A stretch of DNA of 25,848 nucleotides, from assembly GCA_955651875.1 (NCBI GenBank), contig CATPAP010000285.1:1-25848 (forward strand), given 5' to 3'. The stretch is from Candidatus Dormiibacterota bacterium (GTDB lineage Bacteria > Chloroflexota > Dormibacteria > Aeolococcales > Aeolococcaceae). Of this stretch, positions 7,827 through 16,666 are shown piece by piece (the stretch's first letter is position 1; every line of letters begins with the position of its first letter). The notes under the pieces were generated by a model. The model was not told the origin of the DNA and did not search any database. It saw nothing but the letters and a program-made list of their open reading frames with translations. Both the position numbers and the translations under genes were made by a program.

Positions 7827-9149
7827 ATGGAGACCAGAGGGAGGCAGCCCAGATCGGGCAGCCGCGGGGACAACATCGGGCGCCGGTTGCGCATCGGGGC
7901 CGTCGGCACGATCGCTGTCGGCGGAGCCATTTTCGTGGGCGGGGCCGCCTCTTTGGTGACCGCCTTCGCGAACACCGGAACCGTGACGGCATCGGAGACC
8001 TGCACGACCTGGTCGGCCGCGGTCTCGCTCAACAACAACGTGACCATTGACAAGATCGTCGACGTCGTGGTCACTCCAAGCAGCCTGACCGCCGGGCTCA
8101 CTGGCCTGAGCATCGACACCACCAAGAACCCCGGCCCCGTTCAGATCTGGAGCGCGAGCGGCGCCGCACCGGCGACCGGTACCTTCACGCTGCACATCTA
8201 CAACTCGGTCGACAACGCTGGGAAGGTACGGGTGTTGCCGGCCGTGTTCACCACCAGCGCGGACATCGAGCCCGCGAGCGACTGCACCACCACACCCGCC
8301 ATCGCCACGACCCCAGTCGGCACTCCGGGCCTAGTGGGCACGTCGATCAGCGATGTCGCCACCGTCACCGGCAGCGGATCCAGCCCAACTGGAACGGTGA
8401 TCTTCAAGCTGTTCGCGCCGAGCAACCCGAATTGCAACAGCGACGGAACGGCTCCAGTCTTCACGTCCTCGCCGGTGACCCTGGTGGCCACGGCGCCCCA
8501 TGTCAGCACCGCGACGGGTCCCAGCTACACCACGACCGCGACGGGGACCTACCACTGGGTCGCCGCCTACAGCGGTGACGGCGGTGAGACGTACAACCCC
8601 GTCAGAAGCAACTGTGCCGACGAAGGGGTTGTGATCTCCAATGCCGCTCCCACGATCGCGACGTCGCAGTCCGCGGGCGGCAACCTCGGCGTCGCCCTCA
8701 GCGACACCGCAACCGTCTCCGGCGGCTTCAGCCCGACCGGCACGGTGACCTTCACCCTGTTCCCGCCGAGCAGTCCCACCTGCAGCGGTAGTCCCGTGTA
8801 CACCTCGCCGGCTGAGACGCTGAGTGGCGGCAAGGCGAACAGTGGCTCGTACACGACGGGCGCGGCGGGCGGATCCGGCACGTACCGGTGGATCGCCACC
8901 TACAGCGGTGACGCCGACAACAGCAGCGTGGCCAGCGGCTGCACCGCTGAGGCGGTCATCGTCACCGGCGGTGAGGGCGTCCAGGGCATCACCACCACCC
9001 CGGGGGGCGTCCTGGGCATCGGCGCCGCCACTCCGAGCACCGGTGCCGCCTCGATTCTCAACAGCATGACCATTGGCGTCTTCCTGCTCCTCGGTGGCCT
9101 GGGCAGCCTGCTCGTCAGCCTGATGCTTCCCCGCCGCCGCAGAATCTAG
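7827..9149 (+). CDS. Secreted, probably surface-anchored protein with two Ig-like repeats and a C-terminal xPxTG-TM-basic tail
   Basis: N-terminal signal ending AFA. Two ~110-aa Thr/Ser/Gly-rich repeats (SDxATVxG..PTGTVxFxLF.P..PxC ... GTYxWxAxYSGD ... SxC). C-terminus TPSTG, hydrophobic helix, PRRRRI. Confidence 0.85.
   Translation: METRGRQPRSGSRGDNIGRRLRIGAVGTIAVGGAIFVGGAASLVTAFANTGTVTASETCTTWSAAVSLNNNVTIDKIVDVVVTPSSLTAGLTGLSIDTTKNPGPVQIWSASGAAPATGTFTLHIYNSVDNAGKVRVLPAVFTTSADIEPASDCTTTPAIATTPVGTPGLVGTSISDVATVTGSGSSPTGTVIFKLFAPSNPNCNSDGTAPVFTSSPVTLVATAPHVSTATGPSYTTTATGTYHWVAAYSGDGGETYNPVRSNCADEGVVISNAAPTIATSQSAGGNLGVALSDTATVSGGFSPTGTVTFTLFPPSSPTCSGSPVYTSPAETLSGGKANSGSYTTGAAGGSGTYRWIATYSGDADNSSVASGCTAEAVIVTGGEGVQGITTTPGGVLGIGAATPSTGAASILNSMTIGVFLLLGGLGSLLVSLMLPRRRRI
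8292..8966 (+). repeat. Tandem intragenic domain repeat (~8292-8639 and ~8646-8966)
   Basis: Aligned protein motifs including two conserved Cys per copy. Confidence 0.85.
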
Positions 9150-9172
9150 CCAGTTCGTTCACAGAACTCAGG

Positions 9173-9208
9173 AAGGGGTCGGTGCACGGGCACCGGCCCC
9201 TTTCGTAT
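9173..9208 (+). terminator. Intrinsic terminator after the surface-protein gene
   Basis: 13-bp stem AAGGGGTCGGTGC / GCACCGGCCCCTT with a 4-nt loop; the stem ends in TT and is followed by TCGTAT. Confidence 0.65.
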
Positions 9209-9251
9209 ACGGTGAGGCACCGCTCGCGCGCCTCGATACACTCGCGCCGCC

Positions 9252-10004
9252 ATGTGTCGTCGCGGGCCCCTGCGCCACCGCTACGCGCCGGATGCCGCGC
9301 GGGTCTTCGATCGCGAGGAGCGCCGGCGCTTCCTGGACAGCCGCGGTGAGCCTCGCGACGCGGAGGCGCTGCCCTGGGAGCTCCTCTACCGGCTCGAGCC
9401 CGAGCTGTACGCGCGCCTGGTCGCCGGCGAGCGGCTCCACGAGGGGATCCTCGACTGGCTGCCGCGGCGATGCGGCGACGTCCTCGAGGTCGGGGCCGGC
9501 ACGGGCCGGCTGACGCTCGACCTCTCCGCCCGCGCCGCCCACGTCACCGCGGTCGAACCTGCCCTGCCGCTACAGAGGATCCTCCGCGAGCGGCTGGCCG
9601 CCGCCGGTGCAGGCAACGTCGAGGTGGTGCGAGGCTTCTTCGACGAACTCCCCGCCACACCCGCACACCACATGGTGATCAGCTGCTCGGCCTTCATCGC
9701 GCGGGCGGTGCCCGACCCCGACCACAGCCTGGGCGTGATGGAGGACGCATGTGCCCCGGGCGGCCTCGTCGTGTTGGTGTGGCCGACAGACGTGGGCTGG
9801 CTCGGGGAGCACGGCTATGAGCATGTCGTCTTCGAGGGCCCGATGCTGGTTGAGTACCCGTCCGCCGCCGACGCCGTTGCGCTGGCACACATCTTCTACC
9901 CGGACGCCGTGGGCGCTGTCAAGCAGATGGGGTCGCGCTTCATGGACTTCGCCACCCTGGGGCTGAACGCGCCGCGTGACCTCTGCTGGAAGCGCGTCGC
10001 GTGA
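9252..10004 (+). CDS. Class I SAM-dependent methyltransferase
   Basis: Motif I VLEVGAGTG, VTAVEP, VRGFFDEL. Confidence 0.85.
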   Translation: MCRRGPLRHRYAPDAARVFDREERRRFLDSRGEPRDAEALPWELLYRLEPELYARLVAGERLHEGILDWLPRRCGDVLEVGAGTGRLTLDLSARAAHVTAVEPALPLQRILRERLAAAGAGNVEVVRGFFDELPATPAHHMVISCSAFIARAVPDPDHSLGVMEDACAPGGLVVLVWPTDVGWLGEHGYEHVVFEGPMLVEYPSAADAVALAHIFYPDAVGAVKQMGSRFMDFATLGLNAPRDLCWKRVA

Positions 10005-10035
10005 ATACCGCGCCGTGCGGACCCCGGGAGCCGGC

Positions 10036-11100
10036 GTGCGCATCGCGCTGATCGCCCCGCTCGTTAGCCCGATACGCGAACCCAACCTCGGAGGCGCTCA
10101 GGCGGTCGTCTCCGACCTCGCCGGTGAGCTGACCCGACGCGGCCACGATGTCGTGGTCTATGCCGCCCGGGGCTCGGCCATCGACGGCGTCGCCATTGCA
10201 ATCGTCGATGTCGACAGTGACGCACTCGCCGGCGACGTTGTACGTCCGGGCGCAGAGAGGGCGGCGTCGGCGGCGATGGTGGCGACGTACCAAGCCGTGT
10301 ACGACGACGTGGCGGGCAGGCGGTACGACACCGTCCACAACCACGGGTTCGATGCGCCCGCGATCACCGTGGCGTCGGCCAGGGCCATCCGGGTCCTGCA
10401 CACGCTGCATCTGCCCCCGAGCCCAGTCCTCGCCGCCGCGCTCGACGAGGCGCGGCGATCTGGGACGGTGTGGTGTGCGGCGGTCTCGCAGGCGCAGGCA
10501 GCCGCGTGGCGTCCGCTCACCACCATCGATGCCGTGCTGCGCAACGGCGTCCCCATCGAGGACATCCCGTTTGCTCCACAACCGCGCACGTCAGCCATCA
10601 TCGCGGCGCGGTTCAGCGCGGAGAAGGGCATCGACGAGGGCATCGCGGCAGCGCGCGCGGCCGCGATCTCCGTCGACGTGTACGGCACGCCGTACGACGC
10701 CGGCTATGAGTGGGGCGTGCGCGATCGCTGGCGCGACGACGCGCAGGTGCGCTTCCGCCCGCCCCTGGTCCGCGCCGCGCTGTGGAAGGCCCTCGGTGAG
10801 GCCGCTGTCGCCGTCTGCCTGTCGCAATGGGACGAGCCGTTCGGGATGGTTGCCGCCGAGGCTCAGGCGGCCGGCACGCCCGTCGTTGCCTCCGCACGCG
10901 GAGGCCTTCTCGAGGTGGTGCGCGACGGGGTCACCGGTCATCTCGTCGACCCGCAGGACACGCGCGCAGGCGCCGAGGCGATTGGCCCCGTATCCAGGCT
11001 CGATCGCCGTGCCTGCAGGCGTCATGCCGAGGCTTCCCTGAGCCTCGCCGCCGCCGTCAGCGCGCACGAGGAGCTGTACACGCGCATCTCGCGGCGATGA
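10036..11100 (+). CDS. Glycosyltransferase family 4 (GT-B)
   Basis: VRIALIAP, GHDVVVYA, RFSAEKG, EPFGMVAAEAQAAGTPVVAS. GTG start assumed at 10036. Confidence 0.9.
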   Translation: MRIALIAPLVSPIREPNLGGAQAVVSDLAGELTRRGHDVVVYAARGSAIDGVAIAIVDVDSDALAGDVVRPGAERAASAAMVATYQAVYDDVAGRRYDTVHNHGFDAPAITVASARAIRVLHTLHLPPSPVLAAALDEARRSGTVWCAAVSQAQAAAWRPLTTIDAVLRNGVPIEDIPFAPQPRTSAIIAARFSAEKGIDEGIAAARAAAISVDVYGTPYDAGYEWGVRDRWRDDAQVRFRPPLVRAALWKALGEAAVAVCLSQWDEPFGMVAAEAQAAGTPVVASARGGLLEVVRDGVTGHLVDPQDTRAGAEAIGPVSRLDRRACRRHAEASLSLAAAVSAHEELYTRISRR

Positions 11101-11118
11101 CCGCACGTTGGTACCGCG

Positions 11119-12024
11119 CTAGTCGCGGTGCCTGAACGAACGCATCGCGATGCCGAGCATCACCGCGCCGAAGGCGAGCAGGATGACGATGTCGAGCCAG
11201 ATCGGCACCACGTAGTTGCCGATGGTCACGGAGCTGAAGTGGTCGACGAGTCCCTGAGGAAGGCCGGCGGCGCCGAGGACGGCCGAGCGGATGGGTGCGA
11301 TGCCGTACGCGACCGGGTCGAAGCGGGTGAGCACCGTCATCCAGGCCGGAAGCCCGGAGAGCGGGAAGAGCGCGCCGGACAGGAAGAACATCGGCATCAT
11401 CAGGAAGTTCATCACCACCTGGAATCCCTGCATGGTGCGCATCCGCGCCGAGAGCGCCACCCCGAAGCAGGTGAGCGAGAAGGCGAGGACGAACAGCAGG
11501 CCGACCAGTTCGAGAACGGCGAGCACCGTCAGATGCACGCCGACGAACGGTGCGAACACGAGCATGATCATGCCCTGGAACGTTGCCTGGGTGGCGCCGC
11601 CAAGCGCCTTGCCCAGCGCCACCGCTGAGCGGCTGATCGGGGCCACGAGGATCTCGCGCAGGAAGCCGAACTCGCGATCCCACACCACCGACATGGCACT
11701 GAAGATCGCTGTGAAGAGCACGGCCATGCCGAGGATGCCGGGATACACGAATTGCGTGTAGTTGAAAGATTTGGGCACGCCGCTGCCGCCGAAGGAGCCC
11801 TTGGCGAGGGACGAGCTGAGCCCGACGCCGAAGATGATCAAGTAGAGCAGCGGCTGGGCGAGCGACGCGAACAGGCGCGTGCGGTCGCGCCAGAAACGCA
11901 GCACGTCGCGGTACCAGATGATGTACACCGCCTGCGCCATCGACACGCGCACGTGCACCGGAGCAGCAGGCGCCAACCTCACCTCCGACCTCTCGGTGAC
12001 ACGCTCCGGCGTCTCGATGGCCAT
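11119..12024 (-). CDS. ABC-2 type exporter permease (DrrB-like)
   Basis: Six hydrophobic segments; WDREFGFLREILVAPISR; MFFLSGALFP. Confidence 0.92.
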   Translation of the reverse strand: MAIETPERVTERSEVRLAPAAPVHVRVSMAQAVYIIWYRDVLRFWRDRTRLFASLAQPLLYLIIFGVGLSSSLAKGSFGGSGVPKSFNYTQFVYPGILGMAVLFTAIFSAMSVVWDREFGFLREILVAPISRSAVALGKALGGATQATFQGMIMLVFAPFVGVHLTVLAVLELVGLLFVLAFSLTCFGVALSARMRTMQGFQVVMNFLMMPMFFLSGALFPLSGLPAWMTVLTRFDPVAYGIAPIRSAVLGAAGLPQGLVDHFSSVTIGNYVVPIWLDIVILLAFGAVMLGIAMRSFRHRD

Positions 12025-12029
12025 CGTGT

Positions 12030-13067
12030 CTAACGCCTGCGGGCCGCGAAGGCACGCATGACGGCCTGGCGAGCGTCGGCGTCACCCTCACGGATGGCCC
12101 GGCCGGTCAGCTTGAGGAACACGTCGTCGAGGGAGGGACGTCGCACCGCCACGTTCCCCACCCCGACGGACAGCGTGGTGATGAGCCGCGGGATGAACGC
12201 GGCGCCGTTGGGAACCTCGATGCGCAGCGAGTCGCCGTCGGTGACCGCTGTGGCGCCGAGAAGGTCGGCGATCTCACCCGCCGCGCGCGCGTTGTCGTCC
12301 GTCTGCACCACCACGACGTCCCCACCGACCTGCGACTTCAGTTCCTCGGGCGTGCCGAGGGCGACGATGGTGCCCTGGTCGATGATGGCGATGCGGTCGC
12401 ACCACTCGGCCTCTTCCATGTAGTGCGTGGTCATGAAGATGGTGAGCCCGGTATTGGCCCGGATGTCCCTGAGGTGATCCCACAGCCGCGCGCGGGTCTG
12501 CGGGTCCAGCCCCTGCGTGGGCTCGTCGAGGAAGAGCACCTCGGGGGCGTGCAGGATGCCGCGCGCCACCTCGAGGCGGCGCTTCATGCCGCCCGAGAAG
12601 GTCATGACCGGAGCGTCGGCGCGGTCGCTGAGGTCGACCATGGCGAGCGCCGCATTGATGCGCTCGCGCCGCCGGTTGCGCGCCACGCCGTACACCATCG
12701 CGTGGAACGTCAGGTTCTCGCGGGCGGTGAGCTGGTTGTCGAGCGACGGGTCCTGGAAGACGAGCCCGATGCGCGAGCGCACCTCGTCGGGATGGCGGGT
12801 CACGTCGATCCCCGCGACGGTCGCCCGTCCCTCGGTCGCCTTGACGAGCGTGCAGAGGATCGCGATGGTCGTCGATTTGCCGGCGCCGTTGGGCCCGAGG
12901 AACCCGAAGATCTCGCCGCGCGCGACATCGAGGTCAATGCCGGCGACGGCGGTCACTGCGCCGTAGCGTTTCACCAGTCCGCTGACGGTGATCGCGCTCG
13001 CGCTGGCCGTTTGGGCAGCCGGCATTGCGGCGGAGGCAGCCTGGGTCACGATGAGATCATGGCGCAT
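12030..13067 (-). CDS. ABC exporter ATP-binding subunit (DrrA-like)
   Basis: GPNGAGKST, FSGGM signature, LFLDEPT, TTHY, C-terminal RRPSLDDVFL. Start uncertain (13067 ATG or 13049 GTG). Confidence 0.92.
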   Translation of the reverse strand: MRHDLIVTQAASAAMPAAQTASASAITVSGLVKRYGAVTAVAGIDLDVARGEIFGFLGPNGAGKSTTIAILCTLVKATEGRATVAGIDVTRHPDEVRSRIGLVFQDPSLDNQLTARENLTFHAMVYGVARNRRRERINAALAMVDLSDRADAPVMTFSGGMKRRLEVARGILHAPEVLFLDEPTQGLDPQTRARLWDHLRDIRANTGLTIFMTTHYMEEAEWCDRIAIIDQGTIVALGTPEELKSQVGGDVVVVQTDDNARAAGEIADLLGATAVTDGDSLRIEVPNGAAFIPRLITTLSVGVGNVAVRRPSLDDVFLKLTGRAIREGDADARQAVMRAFAARRR

Positions 13068-13171
13068 CCGCGGCGGATCGCCCCTGTGGCATGGCCGGGG
13101 CGGTGACGTCGGATCTACACTCGCAAGGGCCAACCTCGGCCGTTTCGACCGCCCATAACCGGAGGACGCCT

Positions 13172-13498
13172 ATGGCCACTCCCAGCGAGATCTTCTCCGA
13201 GATCAACAGCCGTCTCGAGTCGAACCCATCAAAGACTGCGGGCATGAACGCGGCGTTCGCGTTCGACCTCAGCGGCGATGGCGGCGGCGCGCATCACATC
13301 GTCATCAAGGACGGCAAGGGCGAAGCCGGCCCGGGCGCGCCGGACAATCCGGGTGTCACCATCTCGATGAGCGACAGTGACTTTGTCGACCTCGCCACCG
13401 GCAAGCTCGACGGCACCGCCGCCTTCATGAGCGGCAAGTTGAAGATCCAGGGCGACATGGGCCTGGCGATGAAGCTCCAGGGCATCCTGCGCGGTTAG
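13172..13498 (+). CDS. SCP2 sterol/lipid-binding domain protein
   Basis: FAFDLSG, VTISMSDSDFVDLATGKLDGTAAFMSGKLKIQGDMGLAMKL. GGAGG RBS at 13161-13165. Confidence 0.92.
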   Translation: MATPSEIFSEINSRLESNPSKTAGMNAAFAFDLSGDGGGAHHIVIKDGKGEAGPGAPDNPGVTISMSDSDFVDLATGKLDGTAAFMSGKLKIQGDMGLAMKLQGILRG

Positions 13499-13513
13499 CC
13501 GACAGCTCCAGGT

Positions 13514-14194
13514 TCAGCCGGTGATCCACTCCGCGAAGCCCTCGATGAGGCGGCGCGAGGTCGGCGCGTCGGGCATCTCCTCCGGGTGCCACTGCACCGC
13601 CATCACCAGCAGCTCGGGAGCCTCAACCGCCTCGACGTGACCATCGGTGCTGACCGCGGCGTGTCGCAGCGGCGGCGCCAGCCTGTCCACCGCCTGGTGG
13701 TGCCCGCTGTTGACCGCGGTGACGTCGACCCCGAGTGTGCGATGCAGGTACGTGCCCGCGATGATCTGCACGTCGTGAATCGTCACTGACGGGTTGTCAC
13801 CCCATTGCGGGTGGACGATGTGCTGGTGCAGCGTGCCGCCGAGTGCCACGTTGATCAGCTGTTGCCCTCTGCAGATGCCGAGGATCGGGAGGTTGCGGGC
13901 TCGTGCCGCGGTGACGACGTCGAGCTCGAGCGTGTCGAGCTCGTCGTCCACGGTTTCGAGCTCCGGCGCTGGCTCTTGGCCGTACAGCGACGGCGAGATG
14001 TCTGTACCACCTGGCAGGAGCACTCCGTCGAGGCGGGCGAGCAGGGCGGTGCTTGTCCCCGGCACGATGAGGGCGGGGACGATCCCGGCCCGGCTCAACA
14101 GGCTCAGGTATCGCAGGGCGTTCTCGCCGGGGTTGGCGGCCCGCCCGACGACATCCGTCGTCCAGGTGAGGCCCACCGTCGGACTGGCTCTCAC
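13514..14194 (-). CDS. Peptidase C26 / gamma-glutamyl-GABA hydrolase-like class I glutamine amidotransferase
   Basis: LPGGTD, GICRG nucleophile, VNSGHHQAV, QWHPE. GTG start at 14194 with purine-rich RBS. Confidence 0.9.
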   Translation of the reverse strand: MRASPTVGLTWTTDVVGRAANPGENALRYLSLLSRAGIVPALIVPGTSTALLARLDGVLLPGGTDISPSLYGQEPAPELETVDDELDTLELDVVTAARARNLPILGICRGQQLINVALGGTLHQHIVHPQWGDNPSVTIHDVQIIAGTYLHRTLGVDVTAVNSGHHQAVDRLAPPLRHAAVSTDGHVEAVEAPELLVMAVQWHPEEMPDAPTSRRLIEGFAEWITG

Positions 14195-14207
14195 CGCTTC
14201 CCCTTTG

Positions 14208-14801
14208 CTAATTCGTTGCCTCTCGAGCCCGCTTGAGCGCGGTCGCCCACCAGGCCAGGTCATCGAGCATGGCACCGGCCGCGGCGAGGTAGCGCTCGGG
14301 CTCGTTCAGCCGGCCGTCGTCGAAGAGACGTCGCGCGAACTGCAGAACGACTCCGCTCCGGACCGGTGCCATCTGCAGCTCCACGGCCACCTGGCGCAGC
14401 TGTTCCACCGCGCGCGTGCCGCCCGACCACCCTCCGTAGCTCACAAACGCGACGGGCTTGCGGTTCCACTCGTGGTAGACGCAGTCGAGGGCACTTTTCA
14501 GGGGGGCGGGATACCCGTGGTTGTACTCGGGCGACACGATCACGAACCCGTCACTGCGCCCCACCGTCGACGTCCACGGCTGGGGCTGCTGTTCGGGCGT
14601 GAGCATCGAGGCGGGCACCGGCTGGTTGTAGTAGGGGAGGTCGAAGTCGCGCAGGTCGGCGAGCTCGAAGGTCAGGTCAGCTCGTTGTTCGAGGACAGCA
14701 CCGATCCAGCGAGCCACCGTCTCGCCGAACCGGCCCTCGCGGGTGCTCGCCAGCACCAGCAGGATGTGTGGATTGGCGGCCACGGCGGATTCGGCAGTCA
14801 T
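14208..14801 (-). CDS. NAD(P)H-dependent FMN reductase
   Basis: STREGRFG FMN-binding loop; PEYNHGYPAPLKSALD; VSYGGWSGG. Confidence 0.92.
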   Translation of the reverse strand: MTAESAVAANPHILLVLASTREGRFGETVARWIGAVLEQRADLTFELADLRDFDLPYYNQPVPASMLTPEQQPQPWTSTVGRSDGFVIVSPEYNHGYPAPLKSALDCVYHEWNRKPVAFVSYGGWSGGTRAVEQLRQVAVELQMAPVRSGVVLQFARRLFDDGRLNEPERYLAAAGAMLDDLAWWATALKRAREATN

Positions 14802-14874
14802 CTCGCCCGGTTATAACGAATCGAAGAGCCCGCCCTGGGGTGACGGCGCTGGGCAATGCGAGAATCCACCGGAC

Positions 14875-15660
14875 ATGAGGCTCGCCACCTGGAACGTCAA
14901 CTCGCTGACCGCACGGCTTCCGCGCGTCGTCGACTGGCTGGCGGCAACGCGTCCCGACATCGTCTGCCTGCAGGAGACCAAGGTCGCGGACGAGGCGTTC
15001 CCGCATGCCGAACTCGAAGTCCTCGGCTACACCGCCGCCACACACGGGACCGGACAGTGGAATGGCGTCGCCATCGTCTCCTGCGTCGGACTCTCGGACG
15101 TGTGCCGCGGCTTCCCCGGGGAACCCGGCTTTCCGCACGCCGAAGCCCGTGCCCTTGGTGCCAGCTGCGGCGGCCTGAGGGTGTGGTCGCTGTACGTCCC
15201 CAACGGGCGCACCATCGACAGCCCCCACTTCGCCTACAAGCTCGCCTGGCTCGCCGCGCTGCGCCAAGTGCTTGCCGCCGAGGCGTCCGCGACGGCGTCG
15301 CTGGTGGTGTGCGGAGACTTCAACGTCGCCCCTGCCGATGAGGATGTCTGGGATCCTGATGAGTTCATCGGGTCGACGCATGTCACGCCGGCGGAGAGGG
15401 CCGCGGTTGCCGCGCTGCTCGAGCTCGGCCTCGTCGATGTGCCGGCACGGGCGCTGAAGGGCGACCGGCCGTTCACGTACTGGGACTACAGGGCGGGAAA
15501 CTTCCACCGCGGACTGGGGATGCGGATCGACCTCGTCCTGCTCGGCAGCGAGCTCGCCGCGCGCCTCGTCGACGCGTACGTCGACCGCGAGGCGCGCAAG
15601 GGCAAGGCGCCGAGCGACCACGCCCCGGTGGTCGTCGATGTCGATCTCGCCACCGCGTGA
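14875..15660 (+). CDS. xth: Exodeoxyribonuclease III / AP endonuclease
   Basis: MRLATWNVNS, LQETK, YVPNG, GDFNVAP, FTYWDYR, RIDLVL, SDHAPV. Confidence 0.95.
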   Translation: MRLATWNVNSLTARLPRVVDWLAATRPDIVCLQETKVADEAFPHAELEVLGYTAATHGTGQWNGVAIVSCVGLSDVCRGFPGEPGFPHAEARALGASCGGLRVWSLYVPNGRTIDSPHFAYKLAWLAALRQVLAAEASATASLVVCGDFNVAPADEDVWDPDEFIGSTHVTPAERAAVAALLELGLVDVPARALKGDRPFTYWDYRAGNFHRGLGMRIDLVLLGSELAARLVDAYVDREARKGKAPSDHAPVVVDVDLATA

Positions 15661-15682
15661 CGCGGGCTGACCGCACAGCGAG

Positions 15683-15988
15683 TCATCGGGGCGCACCGAG
15701 GGACGCCGGACGGTGGAATCCCACGACGCGGCCGCGCTGCACGGGGACGCCCTCGCGGCGGAGTCTCCGCGCCTGCTCGGCCTCTTGTCCGGGAACCAAC
15801 CGGCCGCGCGCGGTCACCACCCGCCACCAGGGGAGCCCTTCGGACCCGGCGAGCACCATGCCGACGGCGCGTGGCGCCTCTGGCCGTCCTGCCAGCGCGG
15901 CGATCTCGCCGTAGCTGGCAACGTCCCCCTCGGCCAGCGCCGCGATCACCTCGCGCATGCGCGCGACGAAGCCGCTCGCCAAGGTCAC
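15683..15988 (-). CDS. Alkyltransferase-like (ATL, MGMT-family) protein
   Basis: VASYGEIAALAGRP, PRAVG, PWWRVV (Trp in place of the PCHRV catalytic Cys). Confidence 0.88.
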   Translation of the reverse strand: MTLASGFVARMREVIAALAEGDVASYGEIAALAGRPEAPRAVGMVLAGSEGLPWWRVVTARGRLVPGQEAEQARRLRREGVPVQRGRVVGFHRPASLGAPR

Positions 15989-15996
15989 TCGGGGAC

Positions 15997-16464
15997 TCAG
16001 GTCACCTGGCCCACATCCTCGGGCCCTGCGCGCTTGCGGCCGCCCGCCGCCACCAGTCCTGAGCCCCGTGACGACAGCGCGTCAGCATCGGCAAGCCGGT
16101 CGCCGGTGTGAGGTGTTAGGTGAGCGACGACCATCCAGGGACCGCCGGGGGAACCCAGCACCGGGGCGTCGCCGTCGTCGCCCGGTGGTCCATCGCCCGG
16201 TGGGTTGTCGGTGGCCGGGCTCATGCAAGCCACTGACAGCCCGGCCATGACCAGCGCGATCACGACGCCATTCGGCAGCGACACCGTCAGCGGCGCCGTG
16301 GTGATCTGGCCGATCACGAGGAAGCCACCCACAGTGCCAAGCAGGACAAGCGCTGGAATCGCCCAGAACCACTCGCTGCGTCCGGCGTGGTCGATGCCGA
16401 GCACGCCATCCAGCCGGCGCAGTCGCCGACTGACCGCCCTTCCCAGCGGCCGCAATCCTGTCAT
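15997..16464 (-). CDS. Hypothetical membrane protein, two TM segments plus an acidic Gly/Pro tail
   Basis: Hydrophobic WFWAIPALVLLGTVGGFLVIG and GVVIALVMAGLSVACM; NPPGDGPPGDDGDAP. Confidence 0.6.
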   Translation of the reverse strand: MTGLRPLGRAVSRRLRRLDGVLGIDHAGRSEWFWAIPALVLLGTVGGFLVIGQITTAPLTVSLPNGVVIALVMAGLSVACMSPATDNPPGDGPPGDDGDAPVLGSPGGPWMVVAHLTPHTGDRLADADALSSRGSGLVAAGGRKRAGPEDVGQVT

Positions 16465-16666
16465 GACGGTGCTCTCCTGGATCTGCGGTGGTGCTCGATG
16501 CGGCACCGTCGCAGAACGCAGACGACAGTGTATGGCGCGCCGTCGCCGGAGCCAAGCCTGGTGACGAGCGTGATCATCGCCAGAGCAGCGGACGCAGCCG
16601 GTGACGGCTGAGCGCCCTGTCCAGCAGACGGAGAAGAGGCATGGCAGGCGCCACCGCGATCAGCGC

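Noticed and set aside
14677-15696. 339-aa minus-strand ORF
   Set aside because: Antisense shadow of xth.
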